Shown: positions 53,401-62,532, counted from the stretch's first letter. The stretch: 64,000 nt of DNA from Oscillospiraceae bacterium (GCA_017419715.1 JAFOKO010000069.1:345-64344), one strand, 5' to 3'. Translations and numbers: made by a program. The notes: generated by a model not told the origin, from the letters alone.

Positions 53401-54005
53401 GAGATTTTGTCGTTGATGCGCAGCAGATTGTCTTCCGTGCGCTCCAGACGGCGCTCCGTCTCCTCCTTGCGGTGACGGTATTTGGAGATACCGGCGGCCT
53501 CCTCGAAAATCTCGCGGCGATCCGTGCTCTTGACGGCAAGGATCTCATCGATCCTGCCCTGAGAAATATTGGAATAGCCCTCCTTGCCCAGGCCGGTATC
53601 CATAAACAGCTCGTTCACATCCCGGAGACGGGCGGATTGTTTATTGATATAGAATTCGTTTTCACCGGAGCGATAATAGCGCCGCGTGATCATCAGCTCG
53701 TCGCTGTCGATCGCAAAATACCGATCCGAATTGTCAAAGACCAGGCTGGCCTCGGCGAAGCCAAGTTGGGGGCGTTTGAGCGTTCCTCCAAAAATCACAT
53801 CCTCCATCTTGACGCCACGGAGCGATTTGGAGCTCTGCTCGCCCATGACCCAGCGAATGGCGTCGGAGATATTGGATTTGCCGGAGCCGTTGGGGCCGAC
53901 AATGGCCGTGATTGCTCCGTCAAATTGGAGCCGGATCTTATCCGGAAAGCTCTTGAACCCCTGAAGGTCCAGTGATTTTAGATACACAGGTGCACTCCTA
54001 CTCAT
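50412..54005 (-). CDS. smc: Chromosome segregation protein SMC.
   Basis: 1197-aa ORF. LKSLDLQGFKSFPDK...GPNGSGKSNISDAIRWV, long coiled coils, a hinge, and a C-terminal LSGGEKAFVAIAL...LDEIDAALD. A GTG at 53985-53987 (VYLKSLDL), preceded by AGGAG, is a plausible true start. Confidence 0.93.
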   Translation of the reverse strand: MSRSAPVYLKSLDLQGFKSFPDKIRLQFDGAITAIVGPNGSGKSNISDAIRWVMGEQSSKSLRGVKMEDVIFGGTLKRPQLGFAEASLVFDNSDRYFAIDSDELMITRRYYRSGENEFYINKQSARLRDVNELFMDTGLGKEGYSNISQGRIDEILAVKSTDRREIFEEAAGISKYRHRKEETERRLERTEDNLLRINDKISELELQVEPLREQSEKAKKYLALRDELKGQEVALWLHSLESLAAAAKKAEEDYNAAAFILNQEHENLDALYRRSERLNGELRERDVEIETRRERISEAEAELQRISGRSDVLEGERRNAAENLSRLRQELADEDGRRRDLRNQIQERRSRLGEIDQETKTLELRLAEIRKELDLLTASTEGMNRSYLELRNRHAACVADLAAKRADIAALAEALERSREREKELCTDRDTAQTRRSETEEKLSACRKALSKAREAAEGCKNSLAGYALRQKAREEKAEELRQALQDCGVKLDTASSRLHLFREMEREYEGFSKAVKFVMQQAEAGSLRNIHGPLSRLIQTDDRYSVAMEIALGSAMQHVVVSAEEDAKQAIQQLKLRDVGRATFLPLSAVEGRVLQEQGVENCHGFVGIASNLVRYDARYRPVVENLLGRTVITENLDDAIAMARRYKNRFKIVTLDGQVMNAGGSMTGGSVSRSAGVLSRANEISRLEAQIAKLNAQKEDFARQSAEANRQRDLVGYEQSAIQGKLREFEDQILRLEGEEKQYSVLYDAICQACAGNQREIDMLGAQIGTDSRRRDALQRDCETLEAREKEISASIDALSVDQSALSQEGSGLTDELTEKKMAVAALNAEKLTAMEALRRLEELFASMEGDRSQKQESIDGLETQMRALETRIEENKDALQAQTAKTELLRTAHREALEQRNELEAQRTAADRDAQQKNKDIIDLERECARLEAKRNTSQMEEKQIVDKLWDSYELTPSTAPAYAAALESVAAANRKVAELRRKLHGLGTPNLGAIEEYERVNERYTYLSGQRDDVLQSKRDLEGIIRDITKQMTEIFVGEFTRINHYFGETFVEMFGGGRASLELEDPNDPLACGIEIKVQPPGKQLKTITLLSGGEKAFVAIALYFSILKVRPTPFCMLDEIDAALDDRNVERYANYLRQLCSKTQFIVITHRRGTMEEADALFGVTMQEQGVSKILHLDLDGLEKELGLNQQ

Positions 54006-54184
54006 AGAAATTCACTATATTATAGCAGAATTCGTTTTCTATTGCAAGACGCGAATTTATGTTTTTGCCGGAAGTGCAAAAAAATCCTGTTTCCGCTTCT
54101 GCTTCTTGATTTGTACCCGCATCGGCGGTATAATACGCTGAGATATAAAAATGCAGTATCATCCACTGCAGGAGGAAGATTTCC

Positions 54185-55285
54185 ATGGATATTCAGTTAT
54201 ACGAGAAAACCAAAGCTGCACAACACGCGCTGCATTCTTGTCCCGAGCTCCCTGGCGCGGAGACGCAAACGCGGGCTTTTATTCAATCATTCCTGCAGGA
54301 GAATACCTCCCTGCAGATCGTGTCCAGAGGGACCTGGCTCTACGCGAAGCACGACGAGGGCACGGCAAAAACCGTCGTTGTCCGGGCGGACCACGATGCG
54401 GTCCCCACCCCTTGCGGCCCCCGTCATCTTTGCGGACACGACGGCCACACTGCCGCCCTGTTGGGCTTGGCTTTGCTGCTGGAGGGCAAGGCCCTCGGGA
54501 AAAATGTCATTCTTCTCTTCCAGCCTGCCGAGGAGACCGGCGCCGGCGCGGCGGCGTGCTGTGAACTGTTTTCTTTGGAGGGCTTGACACGGGAAAACGC
54601 CTGCATACTCGGCTCTCACAATATCCCCGGGGAACCCATGGGCACAGCCCTCTTCCGGCGGGGCACCTTTGCCTGTGCCTCCTGTGGCCTGGATATCGGC
54701 CTGCATGGCAGTCCCACCCACGCCGCCTACCCGGAGAACGGGATCAATCCCAGCGCGGCCGTGGCGCAGCTTGCGCTGGAGCTGCCCGTCCTCGCGGCGC
54801 ATACTGCAGAAAAGCACCACTGCATGACGCTGGCCACCATCGTTGGCCTTCGAAGCGGCGAGCGCGCCTTTGGTGTTGCCGCCTCGGAGGGCAGCCTGTG
54901 GGTCACGCTCCGGGCCGAGACGGCTGCCGCCTTTGACGAACTGAACAACCGGGCAGACCAGGCTGTGCGCAATGCCGCCAATACCAATCAACTTCGTTTT
55001 ACTGTGAAGCGCGAGGATGTCTTCCCTGCCACAGAAAACGACCCTGCCCTCCAGGATGCCTTGGAGACTGCCTGCAAGGCACAGGGCGTCTCTTACAAAT
55101 ATCTGGACCAGCCCTTCCGCTGGTCGGAGGATTTCGGTCACTACGGGCAGCATGTTCCCGCCTGCTTCTTCGGGATCGGCGCGGGGCTCGATACGCCGCC
55201 CCTGCACACGGAGCACTATGCCTATCCCGATGATCTCGCGTCGGTAACTGCCGCGCTGTTTTTCGATATTCTGTCGTCCCTGTGA
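54185..55285 (+). CDS. M20/M25/M40 family amidohydrolase (aminoacylase-like).
   Basis: 366 aa. LH.CPEL...E..T......VRADHDA...LCGHDGHTAALLG...QPAEETG.GA. Confidence 0.75.
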   Translation: MDIQLYEKTKAAQHALHSCPELPGAETQTRAFIQSFLQENTSLQIVSRGTWLYAKHDEGTAKTVVVRADHDAVPTPCGPRHLCGHDGHTAALLGLALLLEGKALGKNVILLFQPAEETGAGAAACCELFSLEGLTRENACILGSHNIPGEPMGTALFRRGTFACASCGLDIGLHGSPTHAAYPENGINPSAAVAQLALELPVLAAHTAEKHHCMTLATIVGLRSGERAFGVAASEGSLWVTLRAETAAAFDELNNRADQAVRNAANTNQLRFTVKREDVFPATENDPALQDALETACKAQGVSYKYLDQPFRWSEDFGHYGQHVPACFFGIGAGLDTPPLHTEHYAYPDDLASVTAALFFDILSSL

Positions 55286-55483
55286 CCCGTACAGCCGGGT
55301 CGCGGGCTTTTCGGAATGCGAGCATTCTGCGAGGCTTAGCCAGTGTCCTTGCGCTGCCGGAAACGCGGCACTGTCTGACGCCAAGATCAGAACCATGCCT
55401 CTCGGCAAAATCGCGTGAGTTCTTTTGATCCGCGCCTTGGTCGTCCAGATCCCCGCACTTTTTTACAGTTGATCCCGCACCAC

Positions 55484-55517
55484 AAAAAACCTGCCGATGA
55501 TCGTCGGCAGGTTTTTT
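55484..55517. terminator. Bidirectional rho-independent terminator between the convergent peptidase genes.
   Basis: AAAAAACCTGCCGA (55484-55497) pairs with TCGGCAGGTTTTTT (55504-55517). This gives A/T runs on both sides. Confidence 0.8.
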
Positions 55518-55549
55518 GCTTCATCAATTGCTTCTTTTCCGTTTGCGGA

Positions 55550-57298
55550 TCACGGCAGCTCCAGGAAGGATTTCAGGAAGTCTGCGGTTTTCTGCATGGT
55601 AGCTTCCTCAAAGGGACTGTCCAGCCCTGCCTCGTTCAGCACGAAGGAGAATTTCCTGTGGTGCGTACGGTTCAGCAGACGGCAGTAGGCTTCAACGCCT
55701 GCGCCGGGCTGCTCAGCCTCCAGACGGCAGACCTGCATGGAGGCCATTCCGGCGGTGGAATAGCTGACGACATAGGAAGGACACAGGAAAAAGTGCTGAA
55801 TATCGACCCAGTGCATTTTATCGAGCGCATAGGCCTCTTGGAATGCGTAATCCTTTGCGCACTGTGCATAGATAGAATCGATTTTGTCTACGGTGATTTC
55901 TTCGGGCGCCAGCGTGTAGACCTGCATTTCAAAGTCCGCAAAAGCCGCTTGCCGAATGATGGTGTACATCATTAAATCTCGCAGAATGACGCGGAGGCCG
56001 CTTTCGCGTTTTGTTTCGTCAAAGGCAGGGTTGTATGCTGTAGCGAGAAACTCCATCCCAGTGGAATAGATCTCGGCAATGTCCTGCCCCATATCATCCC
56101 CGTAGTTGCAATAAGAATCAACAAAATGTCCGAATTCGTGGATGAGGGCATCGAAATCTCCGTACGCGGTGAAAAGAATGGGGGCCTCATAAGAAGGGAG
56201 GTAGGTCTGATAGCTGGTGGGGTACTTGGACGAGGAATCCGAATTGTCGTACAACTGATGCCCCTCCATAAACCGGAAGGCTTCCAGAATGGGGTCCCCC
56301 AACTGTTCCACTGTCTCGGAAAGCTGAGTGATCTCCTGCGATTTCGCTACGAAGGGATATGTCGCGTTCGTCAGCATGGGGTTATGCCCCGCCATGCTTT
56401 TTACAAGAGGAACCAGCTGCTCCCGGACGAGGCGCAAATACTCCTGCGTTTGCGACGGCGTATAATCCCGGTGGAAGGCGACGGCGTACCTGTAATCGGA
56501 ATAGTTATCATATCCCTTCGTGGCAGCGATCTGCTGACGCAGCTTCACGAGCTCCACGAAGATGGAAGACATTGCGTCGTGATACTGTGCTTTCGTGGAG
56601 CTGTCCCAATCCCAGGATGTCTCCGTTTCAAGATATTGATGTAGCAGCGCGTTTTCCTCAGCCGTCAGGCGGAGATATTCTGCTCCACCGGCCTGAAAAT
56701 CGTCATAGTCTTCAAAAAAACCTGCGCCAAAATAGGCCTGTTCCAGGGCGCCCCGGCAGGGAGAGGCGGCAAAAGCGGCATAGAGTGTGGACTCTTTTTC
56801 CTCCAAAACCGTATACTGCGCCTCACAGAAGTCGTATTCATCAAAATAATAGTCTACGCTCGTATCCAGGCAATACCGGAAAGACGCGATCCCATACATC
56901 GTTTCAAAGGACTGGCGTTCGGGCAGGAGCGCATAGTAGTCCGCAAGCAGAGCTTCCGCGTCGCTGCAATCGGCGGCCTTTGCCGTGAGCGCGTCGTAGG
57001 CTGCAAGCAGACTATCGGTATCCGGACGGGCGTAGGGCATTTCGGAAAGATTCGGGATCGTGAGCGCTTCCTGGGGCAGGAAGCTCATTTTTCCGCCGTT
57101 TTGCCAGCGGACCGGTACCCCTCCGTCCTGGGCTTCGCTTGCCAATGCTGTTTCGGCAGCTTCGGTCATCGGAGGATTTGTCTCCGACGCGGGCACAGAC
57201 GCCTCCGTGGCAGCAGGAGCATTCGTGCATGCTGTGCAGCAGAGGCTCAGCAGAAGGACTGCCGACAGCAGCAGGGCGATCAATCGTGTGTGTTTCAT
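55550..57298 (-). CDS. M3-family oligoendopeptidase (PepF-like) lipoprotein.
   Basis: Start chosen at MKHTRLIALLLSAVLLLSLCCTAC (ATG 57296-57298, GAGGAG RBS). The ORF extends to 57343. Zinc motif: IHEFGHFVDSY. Confidence 0.8.
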   Translation of the reverse strand: MKHTRLIALLLSAVLLLSLCCTACTNAPAATEASVPASETNPPMTEAAETALASEAQDGGVPVRWQNGGKMSFLPQEALTIPNLSEMPYARPDTDSLLAAYDALTAKAADCSDAEALLADYYALLPERQSFETMYGIASFRYCLDTSVDYYFDEYDFCEAQYTVLEEKESTLYAAFAASPCRGALEQAYFGAGFFEDYDDFQAGGAEYLRLTAEENALLHQYLETETSWDWDSSTKAQYHDAMSSIFVELVKLRQQIAATKGYDNYSDYRYAVAFHRDYTPSQTQEYLRLVREQLVPLVKSMAGHNPMLTNATYPFVAKSQEITQLSETVEQLGDPILEAFRFMEGHQLYDNSDSSSKYPTSYQTYLPSYEAPILFTAYGDFDALIHEFGHFVDSYCNYGDDMGQDIAEIYSTGMEFLATAYNPAFDETKRESGLRVILRDLMMYTIIRQAAFADFEMQVYTLAPEEITVDKIDSIYAQCAKDYAFQEAYALDKMHWVDIQHFFLCPSYVVSYSTAGMASMQVCRLEAEQPGAGVEAYCRLLNRTHHRKFSFVLNEAGLDSPFEEATMQKTADFLKSFLELP

Positions 57299-57438
57299 GT
57301 TGTCTTCTCCTCTTCGTGTTTTATGTGCAGTTTGATCCTGCACTACTCTTTAGTGGCTTTTTTTCGCATTTCGTTACATAAAAACGAAAAGAAACAGAAA
57401 ATAATCCCGCCGACTTTCGTCAACGGGATCATCGTCTA

Positions 57439-57791
57439 TGGTGGAGCTGAGGGGAGTTGAACCCCTGTCCGAAAACAACTTGGCAGGAACTTCTCCGGGC
57501 GCAGTTTGTTATTTGCATTCCCTCGACGGCACGGGAACAAACACCCTTACCGCCTTGGTAGCTTCATGATGCATGGTGCGGGCAAAGCTTACCGCACGCA
57601 CGGTCACCACTCAAATCACACCCGAGCCCCGGCTCGTGGTCCTTCCGGGGCGGATGGGCCGCTAATTAAGCAGCAGCCAGAACGAGATTATCGTTGTCAG
57701 TTAATTTAAAAAAGTTGCCCAGTTTAAGGAGGTTAGACACCTCCGCCCGCTATTCCAACCTCACTATCCCCGTCGAAACCGGTACAGCCCC
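57439..57791 (-). ncRNA. ssrA: tmRNA (SsrA), 353 nt.
   Basis: The minus strand starts GGGGCTGTACCGGTTTCGACGGGG and ends GGGGTTCAACTCCCCTCAGCTCCACCA. The acceptor stem pairs, with G3:U. The internal tag frame ends ...GAC AAC GAT AAT CTC GTT CTG GCT GCT GCT TAA, i.e. ...DNDNLVLAAA stop. Confidence 0.93.
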
Positions 57792-57794
57792 GGA

Positions 57795-58331
57795 TCATCT
57801 GCCATAGGGATCTGCTAATTTTTTGGGCTCCGGGTAGGATTCCCCAAGGGTATCCACACGGATCGACGCCATTTTCTGTTCTTGTAGAGGCCGGTCATTC
57901 ATATCCACCTTGACAGACGCGATTGCATCCACCACTTCCAGGCCTTCGGTGAGCTTGCCAAACGCGGCGTACTGTTTATCCAGATGCGGAGAATCCTGGT
58001 GCATCAGGAAAAACTGGCTGCCTGCAGAATTGGGATGGGAAGAGCGTGCCATGGACAGGACGCCGCGCTTGTGCTTGAGCTTGTTGTCCACGCCGTTGAG
58101 AAGAAACTCTCCCTTGATGCAGTAGCCGGGGCCGCCCATGCCGGTTCCGGTGGGATCGCCGCCCTGGATCATGAACCCGCGAATGACGCGGTGGAAAATC
58201 AGACCGTCATAAAAGCCCTGGTTCGCCAGGTGAATAAAATTGTAGACGCTTTGCGGCGCGACATCGGGGTAGAGCTCCCCTTTCATCACCGCGCCGTTTT
58301 CCATGGTAATTGTAAAAACAGGATTGGACAT
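57795..58331 (-). CDS. ppiB: Peptidyl-prolyl cis-trans isomerase, cyclophilin type.
   Basis: 178 aa. FHRVIRGFMIQGGDP.GTG.GGPGY...E......H.RGVLSMA.....NS.GSQFF. Confidence 0.92.
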   Translation of the reverse strand: MSNPVFTITMENGAVMKGELYPDVAPQSVYNFIHLANQGFYDGLIFHRVIRGFMIQGGDPTGTGMGGPGYCIKGEFLLNGVDNKLKHKRGVLSMARSSHPNSAGSQFFLMHQDSPHLDKQYAAFGKLTEGLEVVDAIASVKVDMNDRPLQEQKMASIRVDTLGESYPEPKKLADPYGR

Positions 58332-58350
58332 CGTATTGTTTCCTTTCCGA

Positions 58351-58815
58351 TCAGTGATTTCTCTCTTTCAATGCGCGGTCGATCTGCCGTTTCGCATCCC
58401 GCACCGCGGCGTCATCGCGTTTGTCGTACAGCTTCTTGCCGCGGCAGAGCGCCACTTCCACTTTGACCCGCGAGTCTTTGAAGTAGACCGACAGAGGAAT
58501 GATGGAGTAGCCGTCCTGCTTGACCTTTCCGAACAGGCGATTGATCTCCCGCTTGTGCATCAGAAGGCGGCGCGGACGCAAAGGATCTTTGTTGAAGATA
58601 TTCCCTTTTTCGTAGGGCGCGATATGGAGCTGCTTGATGAAGATCTCCCCGTCTTTGATCTGGCACCAGGCTTCCTTCAGGGAGACTGTGCCGGCCCGGA
58701 TGGATTTCACTTCCGTGCCAACCAACTCAATGCCCGCCTCAAAGCTCTCTTCAATAAAGTACTCATGGCGCGCCTTCTGGTTCTTTGCCACGATCTTTAC
58801 GCCGGAGGCTGCCAT
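58351..58815 (-). CDS. smpB: SsrA-binding protein SmpB.
   Basis: 154 aa. [34 protein letters not shown]....SL.E......DGE......HI.PYE.GN. Confidence 0.93.
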   Translation of the reverse strand: MAASGVKIVAKNQKARHEYFIEESFEAGIELVGTEVKSIRAGTVSLKEAWCQIKDGEIFIKQLHIAPYEKGNIFNKDPLRPRRLLMHKREINRLFGKVKQDGYSIIPLSVYFKDSRVKVEVALCRGKKLYDKRDDAAVRDAKRQIDRALKERNH

Positions 58816-58928
58816 GGAATCACCTCATCCTCTCTCAAACTTGCGCCTTATTATAGCACAGGGCAGTACCAACATGCAAGTCTTTTTCCGGTGCGTCAAA
58901 AATATTTTTTTGAATTATGAATAAACTC

Positions 58929-58957
58929 TTTACCTTTCCCGCTGTTTATATTATAAT
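58929..58957 (+). promoter_or_regulatory. Sigma-A-type promoter upstream of the Gate-domain membrane protein operon.
   Basis: TTTACC (58929-58934), 17 nt, TATAAT (58952-58957). It is ~40 nt upstream of the TTG start and its GAAGGGAGAG RBS. Confidence 0.45.
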
Positions 58958-58999
58958 AGGCAAGATGTTTTATGAAGGCACCGAAGGGAGAGAGCATCA

Positions 59000-60523
59000 T
59001 TGAAAGCAAAAAAGAAAAAACAGATGTCGATCTATTCCAAAGCGGTCGTTTGCCTTGCCTGCTTCGTCGGGTTTTTCAGCATTTTTGCAATTCCCATGGG
59101 TTTGGGAAACGCGCTAAACACACTGATGAACACTGCATACAAGCTGTTGACCGACACGGTCTTCTACATCATGGCAATCGCCGTGATCGCAGGCGCGCTG
59201 TCCGATCTGTTGACAGAGTTCGGGGTCGTTGCGCTGTTGAACAAGCTGCTTTCCCCCATGATGGGGCCCCTGTTCGGAATGCCCGGCGCTTCCGCTCTGG
59301 GCATCGTTTCGACCTATCTTTCCGACAACCCCGCGATCCTCACGCTGGCTGACGACAAAAAATTTCGGCGTTTTTTTAAGGCCTATCAGATCCCTGCGCT
59401 GACCAACCTCGGCACGGCGTTCGGCATGGGCCTGATCGTGACCAGCTTTACGCTTGGCATGGGCAGCATGCTGAAAGGCCGTGTTTGGCTCGCGGCGCTG
59501 TGCGGGAATCTGGGCGCCATCATCGGCGCCATTATCTCCACCCGGATCATGCTGCATTTTATGAAGAAAGCATACGGTTTAGAGGCCCCCGCCCTGCAGG
59601 AGCAATTCGTCGATGAAGCCGCGACGCAAACCGCCCATCATAAGGGCTTTCTGCATGTGCTGGACGCGCTCATGGAGGGCGGCAAGAAAGGTGTAGACAT
59701 GGGCCTTGCCATTATTCCCGGCGTTTTGATCATTTGCTCCATCGTCATGATGCTGACCAACAGCAGACCGACCGCCCAGTATAAGTTCGCCATGATCCGG
59801 CACGAAACGCTCAGCGGGGGCATCATTTCGACGGATCTGATCGAAATCCCGGACAGCGGCAACTACATCCTTCGCATTCAGCCGGACAGCAGCATTGCAT
59901 ACTGGTCCAAGCAGTCTCCCGAAGAGGACGAGCCGTCTTATTCCTTTGCCAACGGGCGAACCTTTGTGGAAGGCGAAACGCTCTATGTCAAGCTGCCGCC
60001 TTCCGGCTTCGGCGATAATGAAACCAACTACAGCCTTGTGCTGTACAAAGCCGATGAAACCACGAAAATTGAAATCCCTTTGACTCCGATCCCGGACGCT
60101 GAACGGGAATTCAGCTGCACGATCCCCCAGGAGCCCTATCACGGCAGGGAGTTTGAGGGGGTTGCGATCCTGCCGTGGATCGCCAACCAGATCGGCTTTT
60201 TGCTGAAGCCCCTGTTTGGGTTTTCCAGCGCGGAAGCCATCGCGGTGCCTGTGACAGCACTGGGCTCTGCCGGCGCCGCTCTGGGTATGATCCCCGGTTT
60301 TGCAAAAGACAGGCTGATCGGCGTCAACGATTTGGCTGTCTTTACTGCAATCTGCATGTGCTGGAGTGGATACCTGAGTACCCATGTTTCCATGATGGAG
60401 GTCTTAGGCTGCCGTGAACACACCGGGAAGGCCATCATCAGCCACACCATTGGCGGGCTTTGTGCCGGCATTTCCGCCCACTGGCTATTCGTGCTCTTTG
60501 ACATGCTCTTTAACATGTTCTAA
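59000..60523 (+). CDS. Nucleoside-recognition (Gate) domain membrane protein with an inserted ~120-aa soluble domain.
   Basis: 507 aa, TTG start. LLNKLLSPMMGPLFGMPGASALGIVSTYLSDNPA is Gate-domain-like. A hydrophilic insert (~aa 255-375) separates the two hydrophobic halves. Confidence 0.6.
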   Translation: MKAKKKKQMSIYSKAVVCLACFVGFFSIFAIPMGLGNALNTLMNTAYKLLTDTVFYIMAIAVIAGALSDLLTEFGVVALLNKLLSPMMGPLFGMPGASALGIVSTYLSDNPAILTLADDKKFRRFFKAYQIPALTNLGTAFGMGLIVTSFTLGMGSMLKGRVWLAALCGNLGAIIGAIISTRIMLHFMKKAYGLEAPALQEQFVDEAATQTAHHKGFLHVLDALMEGGKKGVDMGLAIIPGVLIICSIVMMLTNSRPTAQYKFAMIRHETLSGGIISTDLIEIPDSGNYILRIQPDSSIAYWSKQSPEEDEPSYSFANGRTFVEGETLYVKLPPSGFGDNETNYSLVLYKADETTKIEIPLTPIPDAEREFSCTIPQEPYHGREFEGVAILPWIANQIGFLLKPLFGFSSAEAIAVPVTALGSAGAALGMIPGFAKDRLIGVNDLAVFTAICMCWSGYLSTHVSMMEVLGCREHTGKAIISHTIGGLCAGISAHWLFVLFDMLFNMF

Positions 60524-60561
60524 TTCTTACATTTCCGCATGTTGGCGGAAAAGGAGGCTAT

Positions 60562-61647
60562 ATGGCACAGCAGATCCTTGAGTATAAATGCCCCTGTTGC
60601 GGCGGGATCATCGAATTTGATTCCGGCACGCAAAAGATGAAATGTCCGTACTGTGATACGACCTTCGATCCCTCTGCCCTGCTGGAAATGGATGCGGCGC
60701 TGAATCAGCAGCAGCCGGATCAGCTGGAATGGGATACTCCTCAGGAATCGTTCAGCAATGCAGAAACGGACGGGATGAATGTCTATACCTGTCAATCCTG
60801 CGGCGGTGAGATCATCGCCGACGCAACCACCGGCGCAACCAACTGTCCCTTCTGCGGCAATCCGGTGGTGTTGACTGGCGCCTTTGCCGGTGCGTTGAAG
60901 CCGGATCTGATCATCCCCTTCAAGCTGGGCAAGGAGGACGCCAAAGCGGCGTTGCGGAAGCACATGAGTGGGAAAAAGCTCCTGCCAAGGCTTTTTTCCA
61001 AAGAAAGCCACTTGGACGAGATCAAAGGCGTCTATGTTCCCTTCTGGCTCTATGGAGCCGATGTATCGGCCAGCTACAATTTCAAAGCCACCAAGGTCCG
61101 AAGCTGGCGTTCCGGCAACCGCGAATACACAGAGACCACCTATTTCCGCCTGGAGCGGGCAGGCGAGCTCAGCTTTGACGATGTTCCCGTGGACGGCTCC
61201 ACCAAGATGGACGACGCGATGATGGAATCCATTGAGCCTTTTGACACGAAGGAAGCTGTTCCCTTTCAGACGGCCTTCCTTTCCGGCTATTATGCAGATA
61301 AGTACGATGTAGACGCAAAGCAAAGCATCGACCGGGCCAACACCCGCATCAAGAACAGCACCCAGGAGGCGTTTTCCGCAACCGCGACCGGCTACGGCGC
61401 GATCACCACGGAATCCTCCTCCGTTCAGATCAAAAACGGAAAAGCAAAATACGCCATGTATCCTGTCTGGCTGCTTACGACGAATTACCAGGGGAAAAGC
61501 TATCAGTTTGCCATGAACGGCCAAACCGGCAAGCTTGTGGGAGACATGCCGGTGGACAAGAAGCTGTTTTGGAAGTGGCACATGATCTACACCGCCATCT
61601 GCAGCGGCGTGAGCTGGATCATTCTCTACTTCTTCCTGCTTCACTAA
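60562..61647 (+). CDS. Double zinc-ribbon protein with a C-terminal TM anchor (function unknown).
   Basis: 361 aa, AAGGAGG RBS. Two CxxC...CxxC units: CPCCGG...CPYCDT and CQSCGG...CPFCGN. The C-terminal TM is IYTAICSGVSWIILYFFLL. Confidence 0.6.
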   Translation: MAQQILEYKCPCCGGIIEFDSGTQKMKCPYCDTTFDPSALLEMDAALNQQQPDQLEWDTPQESFSNAETDGMNVYTCQSCGGEIIADATTGATNCPFCGNPVVLTGAFAGALKPDLIIPFKLGKEDAKAALRKHMSGKKLLPRLFSKESHLDEIKGVYVPFWLYGADVSASYNFKATKVRSWRSGNREYTETTYFRLERAGELSFDDVPVDGSTKMDDAMMESIEPFDTKEAVPFQTAFLSGYYADKYDVDAKQSIDRANTRIKNSTQEAFSATATGYGAITTESSSVQIKNGKAKYAMYPVWLLTTNYQGKSYQFAMNGQTGKLVGDMPVDKKLFWKWHMIYTAICSGVSWIILYFFLLH

Positions 61648-61656
61648 GGAGGTGCC

Positions 61657-62523
61657 GTGATGAAACGCTTATGGACCTTGCTTCTTTCCCTGCTTTTGAT
61701 CGCAAATCTGGCTGGGCGCATCTACGCATCCGACGATACGAGCCTTCCTATCACCGAAACACAGAACGCCGCCTATGTTGTCGACGACGCGGACCTCCTC
61801 ACCAGCAGCGAAGAGGCTGAATTAGCCCGTCGGGCCGAGGAGATCAGCCAGCGGCAGCACTGTGATGTGGTGATCTTGACAGAGCAAACGCTCCAGGGAA
61901 AAACGCCCCAGCTCTTCACCGAGGATTTCTATGTTGACAATGGCTATGGCTACGGTGCGGACCACAGCGGAATGATCCTTTTGCTCTCCATGGAAGAGCG
62001 CGATTGGTATCTGGCCACCCGCGGTGACGCGATCCAGGCGATCACCGACCAGGGCCGTGAATACATGTGGAGCAAATGCAGCTCCAACATGTCCGACGGC
62101 AATTATGCGGCCGGGTTCCGCAACTACTTAAGCACGGTCGATACCATGCTTTCCGCCTATAACGGAACGCTTTCCGACAAAGAGCAGGATGCGTTTCAGC
62201 GGGACTTCAACAAGTTTCTTGGTGTTCGAAATCGGCCCGGCATCGTAAAAACGACTGTCATTGCCTTGATCGTCGGTTTTTTGCTTGCCTTTCTCTTCTC
62301 CGCAAGCCTCAGGGCTCAGCTGAAATCCGTGCGGATGAAGTATAACGCTACGAATTATCGTCGTCCGAACAGTATGCATCTAATCAAAAACAGAGACATT
62401 TACCTCTATGCAAATACGACCTCCCGAGTGATCGAGACCCAGCGTTCCTCCAGCGGGGGCGGAAGCTCCACCCATACCCATTCCTCCGGCGCAAGCTTTG
62501 GCGGCGGAGGCGGCAAGTTCTGA
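61657..62523 (+). CDS. TPM-domain (YgcG-like) protein: signal peptide, TPM domain, TM, and a Gly/Ser-rich tail.
   Basis: 288 aa. YVVDDADLLTSSEEAELARRAEEISQRQHCDVVILT...GMILLLSMEERDWYLATRG is the TPM pattern. TM: VIALIVGFLLAFLF. Tail: SSSGGGSSTHTHSSGASFGGGGGKF. Confidence 0.75.
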   Translation: MMKRLWTLLLSLLLIANLAGRIYASDDTSLPITETQNAAYVVDDADLLTSSEEAELARRAEEISQRQHCDVVILTEQTLQGKTPQLFTEDFYVDNGYGYGADHSGMILLLSMEERDWYLATRGDAIQAITDQGREYMWSKCSSNMSDGNYAAGFRNYLSTVDTMLSAYNGTLSDKEQDAFQRDFNKFLGVRNRPGIVKTTVIALIVGFLLAFLFSASLRAQLKSVRMKYNATNYRRPNSMHLIKNRDIYLYANTTSRVIETQRSSSGGGSSTHTHSSGASFGGGGGKF

Positions 62524-62532
62524 ATCCTCTCA

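Noticed and set aside
55286-55483. About 200 nt of unassigned sequence between the amidohydrolase stop and the shared terminator. It contains small palindromes such as GAATGCGAGCATTC. I considered an sRNA or a gene remnant.
   Set aside because: No promoter-like boxes, no extended conserved-looking structure and no ORF with an RBS were found. There is not enough evidence from sequence alone. It may simply be a long 3' UTR.
57792-57860. Candidate internal promoter for ssrA within the 3' end of ppiB.
   Set aside because: Only weak hexamers (for example TTAGCA ... TGATCC) with non-canonical spacing were found, so no promoter feature is reported.
60520-61644. Minus-strand 374-aa ORF opposite the zinc-ribbon gene. 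The same situation applies at 54287-55408 opposite the M20 amidohydrolase, and at 59579-60385 opposite the Gate-domain gene.
   Set aside because: The plus-strand frames have strong RBSs and recognisable motifs (CxxC pairs, CGHDGH, Gate-domain pattern). The minus-strand translations are featureless and rich in R, G and A.
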